Source: an uncultured Thermoleophilia bacterium (lineage in GTDB: Bacteria; Actinomycetota; Thermoleophilia; UBA2241). Taken from it: DNA of 64,000 bases. Below, piece by piece: positions 29,580 through 39,425 of the stretch (within the stretch, counting starts at the first letter, position 1; each line of letters begins with the position of its first letter). The notes under the pieces are model-generated. The model saw only the letters and a program-made list of their open reading frames with translations. It was not told the DNA's origin and did no database searches. The translations under genes were made by a program, and so were the position numbers. The stretch is from positions 32,001-96,000 of the forward strand of contig CAVPCT010000003.1 in the NCBI GenBank assembly GCA_963702475.1, written 5' to 3'.

Positions 29580-31107
29580 GCGGTACTGCTTCGTCGCCGC
29601 CGCGAGGCGTGCTGGCGGCAGCGGCTTCGACGGACGCGACGTCGTCGGGCGCGGGCTCCTTTGTCGTCGCGATCTCCAGCACGACCTGGGTGTGCCCCGG
29701 TCGCGTGGCGAGCAGCACGCGTTCGGACAGCTGGAGCATGATGGTGAAGCCCATGCCCAGGCTCGCGGCGGTCGAGAACCCGCGGACCAGGGTGGCCCGG
29801 GGGAGGGTGTGGAAGTCGATGCCCGGCCCGTCGTCGCCGATCGCCACCTGCAGCAGGCCGTCCTTGGCAAACACCTGGTAGGTGCCCGCGCCGGCGTGCT
29901 TGAGGGCGTTGTCGAGCGCCTCGCTCACCGGCGTGATGAGGCTGCTGCGGTCCACGCGCCCGGGGTAGCGCGCCTCGGCAGCTTCGAGCACCTTCTGCCG
30001 GGCCTGCGCCGTCTGCGAGGCGGAGGTGAGAGCGGCGCGCTGAGTGAGCGGCTCGCCCAGCTCGGCCGGCAGCAGCTCGTCGGTGAGCAGGATGAGCTTG
30101 CCGCCGGTGACCGCGTCGAGCACGTCGACGTAGGCCCGGCGGATCTCCTCCTCCTGGTGGCGCAGGGCCTGCTCGGCGCGGCGCACCTCGGTCGTGTCCA
30201 CCGCGGAGAGCGCCCACATGTCGTGCCCAGTCCGATAAGCCGTCAGGAACTCGTAGGCGTCTTCGGCCTCAACGTGCAGCTCGCGGCGCGTCACCGTCCC
30301 GGTGGCCACCGCGCCGACGACCAGAGAGAAGTAGGCGTCCAGGCGCTCGTCGTCCCCGAAGCCCTGGCTCATGCGGCGGCCCACGAGCGCGTCCCGTCCG
30401 CCGTCCCAGCGGGTCGCCAGCGTGGGGTTCACGTCGACGATCTCCAGATCCGGGCCGTAGTCGTCGCCCTGCAGGACGCGGAAGACGGCGAGGTCCTCGG
30501 TGGCGTTGTCGAACAGCCGGCGGTAGCGGCGCTCGCTCTCGCGGAGTTCCTCCTGCTCGCGCTGTCGCAGCAGGGCCGTCATGCCCATCTCGCCGAGCAG
30601 GCCGACGAAGTCGGCGAGGAAGGCGATGGACTTCCTGAGGCGCGCGTGCGAGAGCACGGGCACGCGCGCGAACGCCTCCATGTACGCAGCCTCGTCGAAG
30701 CCCAGGCGGCGGGCACGCCCGGCGAACACCGTTGGGTCCACCTCGTCGTCGTCGAAGAAGAACTGGCCGGTGAAGATGTTGGCCACGTGGTTCCCCCCAA
30801 TCACCAGGGGGAACGCCACGTCCCAGAGCCCGTTGGCGCACCGGTAGGCGAAGTGGTCCGTACCCTCGAGTCCCTCTACAAGGCGCTGGTTGATGCGCAG
30901 GTCGCTCTCCAGACAGCCCGCGAGGGTGACGTGGTGGAGCCTGTGGAACTTCGTGCAGATGTCCTGCCAGCCGGAGGCGATGAGGACGTTGCCCTGCGTG
31001 TCGAGGACGGCGAGCGAGATGTCGAACGCCGCCGAGAGACTCTCGCAGATGCGCTGCACGCGCTCCAGATCGATGAGACTGGCAAGTGTCTGCGGCTCCA
31101 CAGTCAC
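29566..31107 (-). CDS. PocR sensory domain + PAS-like + RsbW/RsbT-like HATPase protein
   Basis: SGWQDICTKFHR...CLESD...YRCANGLWD...GQFF PocR motif; DAVTGGKL, EALDNALKHAG, DDGPGI, SLGMGF; no HisKA H-box. Confidence 0.78.
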   Translation of the reverse strand: MTVEPQTLASLIDLERVQRICESLSAAFDISLAVLDTQGNVLIASGWQDICTKFHRLHHVTLAGCLESDLRINQRLVEGLEGTDHFAYRCANGLWDVAFPLVIGGNHVANIFTGQFFFDDDEVDPTVFAGRARRLGFDEAAYMEAFARVPVLSHARLRKSIAFLADFVGLLGEMGMTALLRQREQEELRESERRYRRLFDNATEDLAVFRVLQGDDYGPDLEIVDVNPTLATRWDGGRDALVGRRMSQGFGDDERLDAYFSLVVGAVATGTVTRRELHVEAEDAYEFLTAYRTGHDMWALSAVDTTEVRRAEQALRHQEEEIRRAYVDVLDAVTGGKLILLTDELLPAELGEPLTQRAALTSASQTAQARQKVLEAAEARYPGRVDRSSLITPVSEALDNALKHAGAGTYQVFAKDGLLQVAIGDDGPGIDFHTLPRATLVRGFSTAASLGMGFTIMLQLSERVLLATRPGHTQVVLEIATTKEPAPDDVASVEAAAASTPRGGDEAVPPTAP

Positions 31108-31250
31108 ACTCCGCCCCTTCCGCTCGGGCGCCGCCGGCGTGCGGCCGCGGCGCTGCCCCCATGCTCCCTTCGATACCCCCGGTCCGGCGCTCCGGAACAC
31201 CCGTTCCCGACGATCTCCGGACGGAAACGCTTGACCGCCACCCGCCCGAG

Positions 31251-32666
31251 TCACTCCGCTGCCGGCGACCGCGGGGCGGCGAAGGCGCGCGAAAGCTGAC
31301 GGAAGCGGTCGGCGGTCTCGGTGTCCACGGGGTGCGGTGAGTAGCGGGCAAGCTCGTACAGGCCGGCAAGTTCGACAACCGGCGATCCTGAGGCTCCGAG
31401 GCCGGCCGAAGGCGCGCCGCCGCCGGACCCGGCGGGCTCGTCCACTCGGCGCGGGGGCCCGTGCTGCAGGTCTGCGACCTGCAGCAGATACGAGCGCACC
31501 GTGGTCCCCACGGGCCGCGGGTGGCCGACGCGGGAGAGGCGGCGTTCCAGTCCCTCGTACTCGCGCCGCACCAGCTGGGCCGGAGTCGCCGGCGGGTTCC
31601 GGCGCGGCACAAGGCGGGCCAGCCGCCGCCGCACCCCGGCGACTGCGCCGGCGCTCACGTCACGCAGTGTCAGCACGGCCTCGCGCTCCTCCTCCACCTC
31701 GACGGGGGTCGAACCCCTGACGCGTCTGAGGGCGAAAGCCACGATGAGCAACGGTGCCGCCGCGGCGACCACCGCCACGGCGATGGTGAGTGCCGCGCGG
31801 GTCCAGGCGTACGCGCCGCCGCGCGGCGCTTTGGGCAGCGCCTGCAGGTGAGGGTCGTCACCTTGCGGTGGGTCCACCCTGGGCAGGTCGTGCAGGTGGA
31901 GCGACCCGAGCACCCACGAGAGCGCGCGCACGAGGCCGGCGCCGGCCCAACCGAGGACGAAGCCCAGCAACCCCAGAAGGTACTGAAGGACCTCGCCGGC
32001 CACGGCCAGGATCCACAGCAGGACGTCCACACGCAGGACGAGACTGAGGAGGGCGCCCGCGGCGACGACGCCTAGGACGACGCCGAGTACCGCCAGCAGC
32101 CAGTGCCAGGTCGTCGCCCTGTCCTCGTGCGCCGTGAGGGAGAGGGACTGCGCACGCGCCGCTGCCACCGAGAGGGCCCCGGCGACCAGCGACGCGACCA
32201 CGGCTCCGCCTGCCCAGCCGGCGTGGGACCCTGCCAAGGCCGCGACCGCAAGCACGCAGCAGAGGAGCGCGAACGCCCGGACCGCCCGGCGAACAGCGTT
32301 GTCGGCCGAGATCCGCTCCCTTCCAAGCGAGATGCCGAGGTAGACGAGAAGGGCGGCGAAAGCGAGGGCACCGAGCGCGGCGACGACCGGGAGGTCGCCC
32401 TCCCACCCGCGTCCCGCGGCGAAGAACGCTGCGGCGATGACCAGCGTGAGCCCGGCCGCCGCAGCCCGTTCCCGGCGGCCGGGCTCACGCTGGGCGCCGC
32501 TGTGCGCGGCGAGCACGGCACCGATGAAGGTGCCGCCGGCGGCGCCGGCGATCCAGGCGGCACCGCTGCCCCCCGTGACGAGAGCGGCCAGGGAACCCGC
32601 CCAGGCGCCTTCTGTGACGGCTCCCAGCCCAGCCGGCGACAGCTCAGAGAGCCAGCGGGAGCGCAC
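31251..32666 (-). CDS. DUF4129-containing membrane protein
   Basis: Many TM segments; VRREYEGLE...GHPRPVGTT...LYELARYSPHP; last gene of the MoxR-DUF58 operon. Confidence 0.72.
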   Translation of the reverse strand: MRSRWLSELSPAGLGAVTEGAWAGSLAALVTGGSGAAWIAGAAGGTFIGAVLAAHSGAQREPGRRERAAAAGLTLVIAAAFFAAGRGWEGDLPVVAALGALAFAALLVYLGISLGRERISADNAVRRAVRAFALLCCVLAVAALAGSHAGWAGGAVVASLVAGALSVAAARAQSLSLTAHEDRATTWHWLLAVLGVVLGVVAAGALLSLVLRVDVLLWILAVAGEVLQYLLGLLGFVLGWAGAGLVRALSWVLGSLHLHDLPRVDPPQGDDPHLQALPKAPRGGAYAWTRAALTIAVAVVAAAAPLLIVAFALRRVRGSTPVEVEEEREAVLTLRDVSAGAVAGVRRRLARLVPRRNPPATPAQLVRREYEGLERRLSRVGHPRPVGTTVRSYLLQVADLQHGPPRRVDEPAGSGGGAPSAGLGASGSPVVELAGLYELARYSPHPVDTETADRFRQLSRAFAAPRSPAAE

Positions 32667-33852
32667 GGCAGGTCCTCCAGTCGAAGTCGGGCGGCACGAC
32701 GGCGTCCACGAACGGCAGCTCCGCCGCGGACGGTCGCCCGACGAACACCACGGTGGTGGGGCGCCGGGTCCGCAGGCGAGTGAGCTCGGCTCTGCAGCGC
32801 GGCCGCAACGCCGGGACCACGAGCACGCAGTCGGCCGTTCCTCTCTCGTCGTCCGCCTCCGCCGCCAGCACCGGCGCGAAGTCGTCGGGCGGCAGCACGA
32901 TCACGCGGGCCAGGGTCTCCAGCACTTCGTCCAGAGCGCCCTCCCGGGCCTCCACGTCGACCGCTTGCCAGTCTCCCGCGACGCGGGCGTTCGAGGCCAG
33001 GCCCACGGCGTGATCGCCGTCGGAGAACGCCGCGGCCAGTGACGCCGCGGTCACGCAGAGCAGCTCGACGCGTTCCGGGTCCACGCCCTGCCAGGCCCGC
33101 TCGTACACCGCCGTGTCCAGGAGCAGCCGGACGGCCGCGAGCGAGGTCGGCTCGAACTCGTTGGTGTGCAGGTGCCCGGTGCGCGCCGTGGCGCGCCAGT
33201 TGACGTGGCGCAGCGGGTCTCCCGGAAGGTACGGCCTGGTCCCGTGAGGGTCGGCCGGGTCGCGCGCCAGCGAGCGAGCGGCCGCGGACTCGACGAGCGG
33301 CCGCCCGGTCAGCAGCTCCAGACCGGGCACCTCCAGGACCTTGGGAAGCACAAGCAGCCGGCTGCGCTCCTCCTCCTCCCGTACGACGCCGGCGATCCCG
33401 AACGGGTCGCCGGCCTCAAGCGTCGCCGGACCGAACCAGTGGACGCCGCGCTGCGTGCAGTCGACGTGGTAGTGGCGGCGCACGCGCTCGTACCAGCGGA
33501 GCGAGAGCGTCTGCGTGAGCCGCTGGCAGTCCGCCCAGCGCACCGGCTCCAGCGTGAACCCGTGGGGCTCGAGCCCGAGCGGCCAGTCGTCGCGCAGGCG
33601 GAGCCAGACCAGCGGCAGGAGCTTGCCGTTGGTGAGCGAGATTGTGACGGTGACACGGCCACCCCATCCGACCACGCTTCGGTCGGGAGTGCGCGCAAAG
33701 GTGAAGGCCCGGAACACACGGCGTCGCGTGATCAGCACCAGTGCGGCGAGCAACGCGACGGCCAGGGTGGCGAAGACGAGCGCCCCGGAACGCAGGGCTG
33801 TGGCTGCGACCAGCCCGGCGAGCGTCGCCCAGAGAACAGTCCTCAGACGCAC
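32644..33852 (-). CDS. DUF58 family protein
   Basis: RGVHWFGP, DPFG, RPYLPGDPLRHVNWRATAR. Confidence 0.88.
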   Translation of the reverse strand: MRLRTVLWATLAGLVAATALRSGALVFATLAVALLAALVLITRRRVFRAFTFARTPDRSVVGWGGRVTVTISLTNGKLLPLVWLRLRDDWPLGLEPHGFTLEPVRWADCQRLTQTLSLRWYERVRRHYHVDCTQRGVHWFGPATLEAGDPFGIAGVVREEEERSRLLVLPKVLEVPGLELLTGRPLVESAAARSLARDPADPHGTRPYLPGDPLRHVNWRATARTGHLHTNEFEPTSLAAVRLLLDTAVYERAWQGVDPERVELLCVTAASLAAAFSDGDHAVGLASNARVAGDWQAVDVEAREGALDEVLETLARVIVLPPDDFAPVLAAEADDERGTADCVLVVPALRPRCRAELTRLRTRRPTTVVFVGRPSAAELPFVDAVVPPDFDWRTCRALPLAL

Positions 33853-33864
33853 CCTGTCTCCCGG

Positions 33865-34842
33865 TCAGTCGCGAGGTGCCGCGGCCGACGCCTCGGCGGG
33901 CACGGGAACGCCGGTGGTGAGCCCGGCGAGCACATCGTCCGGGTCGCGACGCTCCACGGCGGCGTCGCGGGACAGGATGAGCCGGTGTGCCAGGACGGGG
34001 ACGGCGAGGCGCTGGACGTCGTCGGGGGTCACGAAGTCGCGCCCGTCGAGCGCGGCCCATGCCTGAGCCGCGTGGAGCAGGGCGAGGGAGGCCCGTGGGC
34101 TGGCGCCGAGCCGCAGGAGTGGCGTCTCGCGCGTCGCACGTGCGAGGGCGACCACGTAGCCCGTGACGTCGTCGGCCACGTGGACCTCGCGGACGGCGGC
34201 GCGCGCCGCCGATATGCCGTTCGCGGCGCCCGCTGCGCGTACGTCAGCGAGCGGATCGGCCGCCCGGAAGCGGGCGAGCATCGCCGTCTCCTCCTCACGG
34301 CTTGGGTAGCCCATGCGCAGCCGCAGGAGGAACCGGTCCAGTTGAGCCTCAGGCAGCGGGAAGGTGCCCTTGAGCTCGACGGGGTTCTGCGTGGCGAGGA
34401 CGAGGAACGGGTCGGGCAGGGGGTGCGTGCGTCCGTCCACGGTCACGCCCCGCTCCTCCATCGCCTCGAGGAACGCCGACTGGGTGCGCGGGGTGGCGCG
34501 GTTCACCTCGTCGGCGAGGACGACGTTGGCGAAGACCGGACCAGGGCGGAAGGCGAAGTCTCCGGCACGCTGGTCGAACACCAGGGAGCCGGTCACGTCG
34601 GCCGGCAGCAGGTCGGCCGTACACTGCAGTCGCGCGAAGCTCAGTCCGAGGGCCGCCGCGAACGCGCGCACGAGCAGTGTCTTGGCCACGCCCGGCACGT
34701 CGTCGATGAGCACGTGTCCCCCCGCGAGCAGCGCGGTCATGACCAAGCGCGTCTGGTCGGCCTTGCCGACGATGACGCTCCCGACCTGCTCGCCGACCGC
34801 CCTGCCGAGCTCGGCGGTCGCCGCGATCCCGTTCTGCGCCAT
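33865..34842 (-). CDS. moxR: MoxR family AAA+ ATPase
   Basis: DVPGVAKT, LLPADVTG, DEVNRATPRTQSAFLEAM, ATQNP, GTFPLPEAQLDRF, GASPR. Confidence 0.93.
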   Translation of the reverse strand: MAQNGIAATAELGRAVGEQVGSVIVGKADQTRLVMTALLAGGHVLIDDVPGVAKTLLVRAFAAALGLSFARLQCTADLLPADVTGSLVFDQRAGDFAFRPGPVFANVVLADEVNRATPRTQSAFLEAMEERGVTVDGRTHPLPDPFLVLATQNPVELKGTFPLPEAQLDRFLLRLRMGYPSREEETAMLARFRAADPLADVRAAGAANGISAARAAVREVHVADDVTGYVVALARATRETPLLRLGASPRASLALLHAAQAWAALDGRDFVTPDDVQRLAVPVLAHRLILSRDAAVERRDPDDVLAGLTTGVPVPAEASAAAPRD

Positions 34843-34982
34843 GGCCCCTCCGCATGGGTCGCGTGTCGGGTAGTAGCCTACTCCTGTGCGGGGTTTTCAT
34901 CCGCGCTTGCTGGGGACACAATCCCCGCAGTGAGCTCGGCCCGCCGCCCGCGAGGTTGCGGGCAGGTGGAAGGAGGGGTCAG

Positions 34983-36533
34983 ATGGCTGCTGCGGGTGGG
35001 TCGAAGAAGAACGGCGGCAGGACCGGGACGGCCGCGGCGAAGACACGCGGGAAGGCCGCGACCAAGGCGCCGGCGCCGTCCTTCACGTCACGGGCGCGCC
35101 GCTCTGAGCTGCCGAGCGCCGGGCAGATGCGCAAGCACACGCGCGAGGAACGGCTGCTCATCGGCCGCGCCGCGCGCCAGCGCACGCCGCGCGAGGCGCA
35201 CGGCGACTGGGCGCCGGCGGCAGACCGGCCGGACCCCATCGCCCTGCTCGAGGAGCAGGGCGAGACGCGCGTGCCTGAGCTGGTCCCCATCCGCCACGGG
35301 CGCATGGCGGTCTCGCCGTTCGCCTTCTACCGCGGCGGCGCGCTCATCATGGCGGCCGACCTCGCGTCCACACCAGACTCGGGCATCGTGGCGCAGCTCT
35401 GCGGCGACGCGCACCTCTCCAACTTCGGCGTGTTCGCGTCGCCCGAGCGTCGCATGCTCTTCGACATCAACGACTTCGACGAGACGCTGCCGGGCCCGTG
35501 GGAGTGGGACGTCAAGCGGCTCGCGGCCAGCTTCGAGGTGGCCGGTCGCGAGCTCGGCTTCGCCGTGGGCGACCGGCGGGGCGCTGTTCTGGCTGCGGTG
35601 GCCGAGTACCGGCGGGCCATGCGCGAGGCCGCCGACATGGGTGTGCTGGAGGCCTGGTACTCGCATCTCACCGCCGACGACGTGATGGCCATGGTGGACG
35701 AGGAGGTGCGCGGCGGACGCCTCACCCCGAAGGAGGGGGTCCGCGCCCACAAGGTCGTGGAGAAGGCCCGGTCCCGAGTGCACCGGCGTTCTTTCGAACG
35801 GCTCGTCCACGTGGTGGACGGCGAGCTGCGCATCGCCCCCGACCCCCCGCTGATCGTGCCCATCGACGACCTCGTGGCGCCGGAGGCCAGGCGTGAGGAG
35901 ACCGAGGACTGGATGCTGCTTCTCGTCGATGCGTATCGGGCGTCGCTTTCCGACGCGCGCCACCCGCTCGAGGAGTTCCGCTACCTGGACACGGCCCGCA
36001 AGGTGGTGGGCGTGGGCAGCGTGGGCACCCGCTGCTACATCGACCTCTTCATCGGCCGCGACATGGGCAATCCTCTGTTCCTGCAGACCAAGGAGGCCCC
36101 GCCGTCCGTCCTGGAGCGGTTTCTCGGGGCCAGCGAGTTCAGCAACAGCGGCCGTCGCGTTGTGGCCGGGCAGCGCCTGATGCAGGCGGCCAGCGACATC
36201 TTCCTGGGCTGGCTGCGCTACAAGGACCAGGACGGCGAGACGCGCGACTACTACGTGCGCCAGCTGCACGACTGGAAAGGCGCCGTGGAGATCGAGAACA
36301 TGCGTCTGGGTGGCGCCATGCTGTACGCAAGGCTCTGCGGCTCGACCCTGGCCCGCGCCCACGCGCGGGCCTGTGACCGCGTCGCCGTGGCCTCGTACCT
36401 AGGTAAGGGCGACACCTTCGACCAGGCCGTGGCCGACTTCGCGCGCGAGTACGCCGACCAGAACGAGCGCGACTACGAGAGGTTCATGAAGGCCATCGCC
36501 TCCGGGCGGCTCGAGGCCGAGCCCGGCCGCTGA
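34983..36533 (+). CDS. DUF2252 family (kinase-like) protein
   Basis: RHGRMAVSPFAFYRG, CGDAHLSNFG, FDINDFDE, WEWDVKRL, KVVGVGSVG, YYVRQLHDWK. Confidence 0.9.
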   Translation: MAAAGGSKKNGGRTGTAAAKTRGKAATKAPAPSFTSRARRSELPSAGQMRKHTREERLLIGRAARQRTPREAHGDWAPAADRPDPIALLEEQGETRVPELVPIRHGRMAVSPFAFYRGGALIMAADLASTPDSGIVAQLCGDAHLSNFGVFASPERRMLFDINDFDETLPGPWEWDVKRLAASFEVAGRELGFAVGDRRGAVLAAVAEYRRAMREAADMGVLEAWYSHLTADDVMAMVDEEVRGGRLTPKEGVRAHKVVEKARSRVHRRSFERLVHVVDGELRIAPDPPLIVPIDDLVAPEARREETEDWMLLLVDAYRASLSDARHPLEEFRYLDTARKVVGVGSVGTRCYIDLFIGRDMGNPLFLQTKEAPPSVLERFLGASEFSNSGRRVVAGQRLMQAASDIFLGWLRYKDQDGETRDYYVRQLHDWKGAVEIENMRLGGAMLYARLCGSTLARAHARACDRVAVASYLGKGDTFDQAVADFAREYADQNERDYERFMKAIASGRLEAEPGR

Positions 36534-36580
36534 GGCGGCGAGGGCGGGGCGGCGCTTCCGGCCGCCCCGCCCTCGCCGCC
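36534..36580. terminator. 20-bp hairpin between convergent genes
   Basis: GGCGGCGAGGGCGGGGCGGC...GCCGCCCCGCCCTCGCCGCC. Confidence 0.7.
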
Positions 36581-36597
36581 GGCCGTCCGTCAGGCCG

Positions 36598-38436
36598 TCA
36601 GGCCTCTTCCACGCGCCGCGGCCGCTTCACCAGCCACACGATGATGGCGATCACCGTGACGGCGGCGATGCCGAGCACGATCCAGATCCAGTTCGAGCCT
36701 CCGGCGCCGGACGTGGTCGTGGTCTCGGCCACCTTGGGCTGCAGGTCCTGGTACGTGGTGCGGGTGAGGTTGAAGAAGGGCGCTCCGTCGCCGGGCGGGA
36801 CCAGCGCGTAGCCCGTCCATTCGGCGGTGTTGTACGCCTCCAGATTGATGTTGTACCACATGATGATGTACGGGCTGTCGCGGTACAGGATGTCCTGCAT
36901 CCGGTGCACGATCTCGGCGCGCGCCGTGGGATCCGACGGGTCTTCGGGGTTCACGGCCGCCAGCTGGTCCTTGTAGAGCTGGTCGTAGTCCGGGTTCGAG
37001 TAGTTGCTGTCGCCCCAGTTGAGGATCTGCGTGGTGGTGAACGTCGACAGCATGAAGCCCGGGTCGATGTCGCCGCGCCAGTTCCACATGAAGATGTCGT
37101 CGTCGCCGTTGTCGTAGGCCTGGTCGCTGAAGGCGCCCTCGTCCATGATCTCGAGGTCGAGCTTGATGCCCACGTCCGCGGCGTAGGAGACGATCTTCTT
37201 CGCGGCGGCCTGGTCTTCGGGGTACTCGTTGAAGGCCGCGTAGCGGAACTCGAGCTTCTCGCCCTTGACGTTCTCGCGCACGCCGTCACCGTCGGCATCG
37301 GCGTAGCCCGCTGCTTCGAGGATCTGCTTGGCCTTCTCGGGGTCGTAGGTGTACTGCTGGTCCTCGGGCACCTCGTAGTGCCAGATGCCCTGCACGGGGG
37401 AGATGAGCGACGTGCCGGGGATGGCGAGCCCGCTCATCGCGGTGGAGACGATGGACTCCTTGTCGATCGCGTAGTTGAGCGCCTGGCGGATGGCGACGTC
37501 TTTGAGCAGCGGGTTGCCCTTGGACTTGGGGTCGTCCCACACGTTGAAGCCCAGCTCGTGGAAGCCGATGGCCGGCGACTTGCTCACGGCGGTGCCGGGC
37601 TCCTGCTTGAGCACGTCGTAGTAAGAGGCCGGGAACCCCATGATCGCGTCGAGCACCCCGGCCTTGTAGTCCTCCACCATGGAGTCGGCGTTCTGCGAGA
37701 ACACGTACCAGAACTCGTCCACCTTGGGCGGGCCGCCCAGCTCCTCCGGGTAGTCGGGGTTGGGGAGCAGCTGGATCCACTTGTCCTTCTTGATGTCGCC
37801 GAGGCGGAAGGGGCCCGAGCCGACGAGCGGCAGGCCGGTGACCGTCTCCATGTCCTTGTCGGGCACCTTGCTCCAGATGTGCTCGGGCAGGATGGGAATG
37901 TACAGTCCCAGCATGCCGGCGTTGGGCTTGTCGCAGGTGATGACGAGCGTGGTGTCGTCGGGCGCCTCCACCTTCTGCACGCCGTCCAAGTACTGGATGT
38001 AGGCCCACTGCTCCGTGTCCAGGATCCAGTTGTACGTGAAGGCGGCGTCGCCGGCGGTCATGGGCACGCCGTCGCTCCACTTCATGTCGGCGCGGGTGGT
38101 GAAGGTCCAGACCTTCGCGTCGGGCGAGACGGTCCACGAACTGGCGAAGTCCGGTGTGACCTTGTAGTCCTGGTCGTACCAGGTGAGGAAGTCGTAGCAG
38201 AGCCGAAAGGCGTCCCAGGTGGAACCGCTCCAGTTCGCGAACGGGTTGAAGCCGTCGTACACCTCGGTGGTGCCGAGGCGGTAGATGACCTTGCCGGCGT
38301 CGAGCGAGGCCGAGGAGTCGGGCTCCGGAGAGGTGTACGGCATCGGCGACGCGGACTCCCCGAGCGCGGCGAGTGGCGCCGCCAGCAGCGCCAGGAGCGC
38401 GGCGGCCAGGATGACGAGGACGACGGTGCGCTTCAT
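36598..38436 (-). CDS. ABC transporter peptide/nickel-binding protein (SBP family 5) with C-terminal TM anchor
   Basis: Signal peptide; KWSDGVPMTAGD, VGSGPF, IRQALNYAIDK, YDPEKAKQILEAAG; C-terminal WIVLGIAAVTVIAIIVWLVKR. Confidence 0.88.
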   Translation of the reverse strand: MKRTVVLVILAAALLALLAAPLAALGESASPMPYTSPEPDSSASLDAGKVIYRLGTTEVYDGFNPFANWSGSTWDAFRLCYDFLTWYDQDYKVTPDFASSWTVSPDAKVWTFTTRADMKWSDGVPMTAGDAAFTYNWILDTEQWAYIQYLDGVQKVEAPDDTTLVITCDKPNAGMLGLYIPILPEHIWSKVPDKDMETVTGLPLVGSGPFRLGDIKKDKWIQLLPNPDYPEELGGPPKVDEFWYVFSQNADSMVEDYKAGVLDAIMGFPASYYDVLKQEPGTAVSKSPAIGFHELGFNVWDDPKSKGNPLLKDVAIRQALNYAIDKESIVSTAMSGLAIPGTSLISPVQGIWHYEVPEDQQYTYDPEKAKQILEAAGYADADGDGVRENVKGEKLEFRYAAFNEYPEDQAAAKKIVSYAADVGIKLDLEIMDEGAFSDQAYDNGDDDIFMWNWRGDIDPGFMLSTFTTTQILNWGDSNYSNPDYDQLYKDQLAAVNPEDPSDPTARAEIVHRMQDILYRDSPYIIMWYNINLEAYNTAEWTGYALVPPGDGAPFFNLTRTTYQDLQPKVAETTTTSGAGGSNWIWIVLGIAAVTVIAIIVWLVKRPRRVEEA

Positions 38437-38858
38437 GCGATCAGCTCCCCCTCTGCGTGCCCGGCCGGCGCCGCTGCTGCACGTGCGTGCCGGGCCTCTC
38501 GGTCCGCGGCCGGACTCGTGCCCCCGCCGGTCGCCTTCCCCATGGCACTAGGGTACGGTTGCGACGCGCGGGGCTCAAGCCGCCGGGGCCGGGCCAGCAG
38601 AAGCTGGCCCGGCCCCGGCGGGCGCCGCGATCGCTGCCGGTACCGGCGGAGCGCCGCCCGGCCTCACGTCACTGCGGTTCCGGCACGTAGTCATTCACGA
38701 AGCGCACGCTTATGGTGTGCGGCCCTGTGGAGCGCTCCCCGAGGGGGCGCGGCGCATCAGGGGGTTCGCACTATGAGGATAGGGGAAAGCCATGCTCATG
38801 GCGTTGACGCTGCGGGTCCGCACGGCGGACGGCGTCTCGCCGCAGGAGAGGTGGAGCG

Positions 38859-39159
38859 ATGGAACTCATCATCCAGCACACGGTGCGCGACTTCGACGCC
38901 TGGAAGCCGGCCTTCGACGAGCACGAGCCGACCCGGGCGAAGTACGGCTGTCTCGGTCACACGATCTTCCGCGGCGGTCGAGGCCGGCAACGACGTGACG
39001 GTGATCACCTCGTGGGAGTCCCGGGAGCGGGCCGAGGAGTTCACCCGCGACCCGTCGTTGCAGGAGACCATGCAGCACGGGGGGGTCGTCTCGGAGCCTC
39101 GCGTCCAGTGGGTAGAGTCAGTGGAGACCGTGTCGTACCCGGCACGCCGGGCGGCGTAG
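38859..39159 (+). pseudogene. Small ABM/cyclase-like ferredoxin-fold protein, frameshift near 38972
   Basis: MELIIQHTVRDFDAWKPAFDEH...HTIFR continues in another frame as VEAGNDVTVITSWESRERAEEF...MQHGGVVSEP. Confidence 0.65.
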
Positions 39160-39173
39160 ACGGGCGCAGATTT

Positions 39174-39220
39174 GGACGAACGCCGCGGGCGGCCAACACG
39201 GCGGCCCGCGGCGTTCGTCC
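39174..39220 (+). terminator. 17-bp hairpin terminator
   Basis: GGACGAACGCCGCGGGC...GCCCGCGGCGTTCGTCC just after the stop at 39159. Confidence 0.6.
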
Positions 39221-39425
39221 GCCTGAGGGCGGCGGTCGCTCGTGGGCAGCCGTGACGGCTCCCCGCCGGGAGGCGGCGAGGCCGGCGTCGACGCCGCTCC
39301 CTCACATCCCTGCCGGCCGCCGCCCTGCGCAACGCCGTTCGACCGCGCTCCGCGGGGGAAGAGACCCGGTAGACGGCACTCCGGCAGCGTGCCGTGGCCG
39401 GCAATGACCGGGGAGAGGGGAGACC

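Noticed and set aside
31251-34842. MoxR-DUF58-DUF4129 operon as a novel system
   Set aside because: Widespread, well-known gene triad with nothing unusual here.
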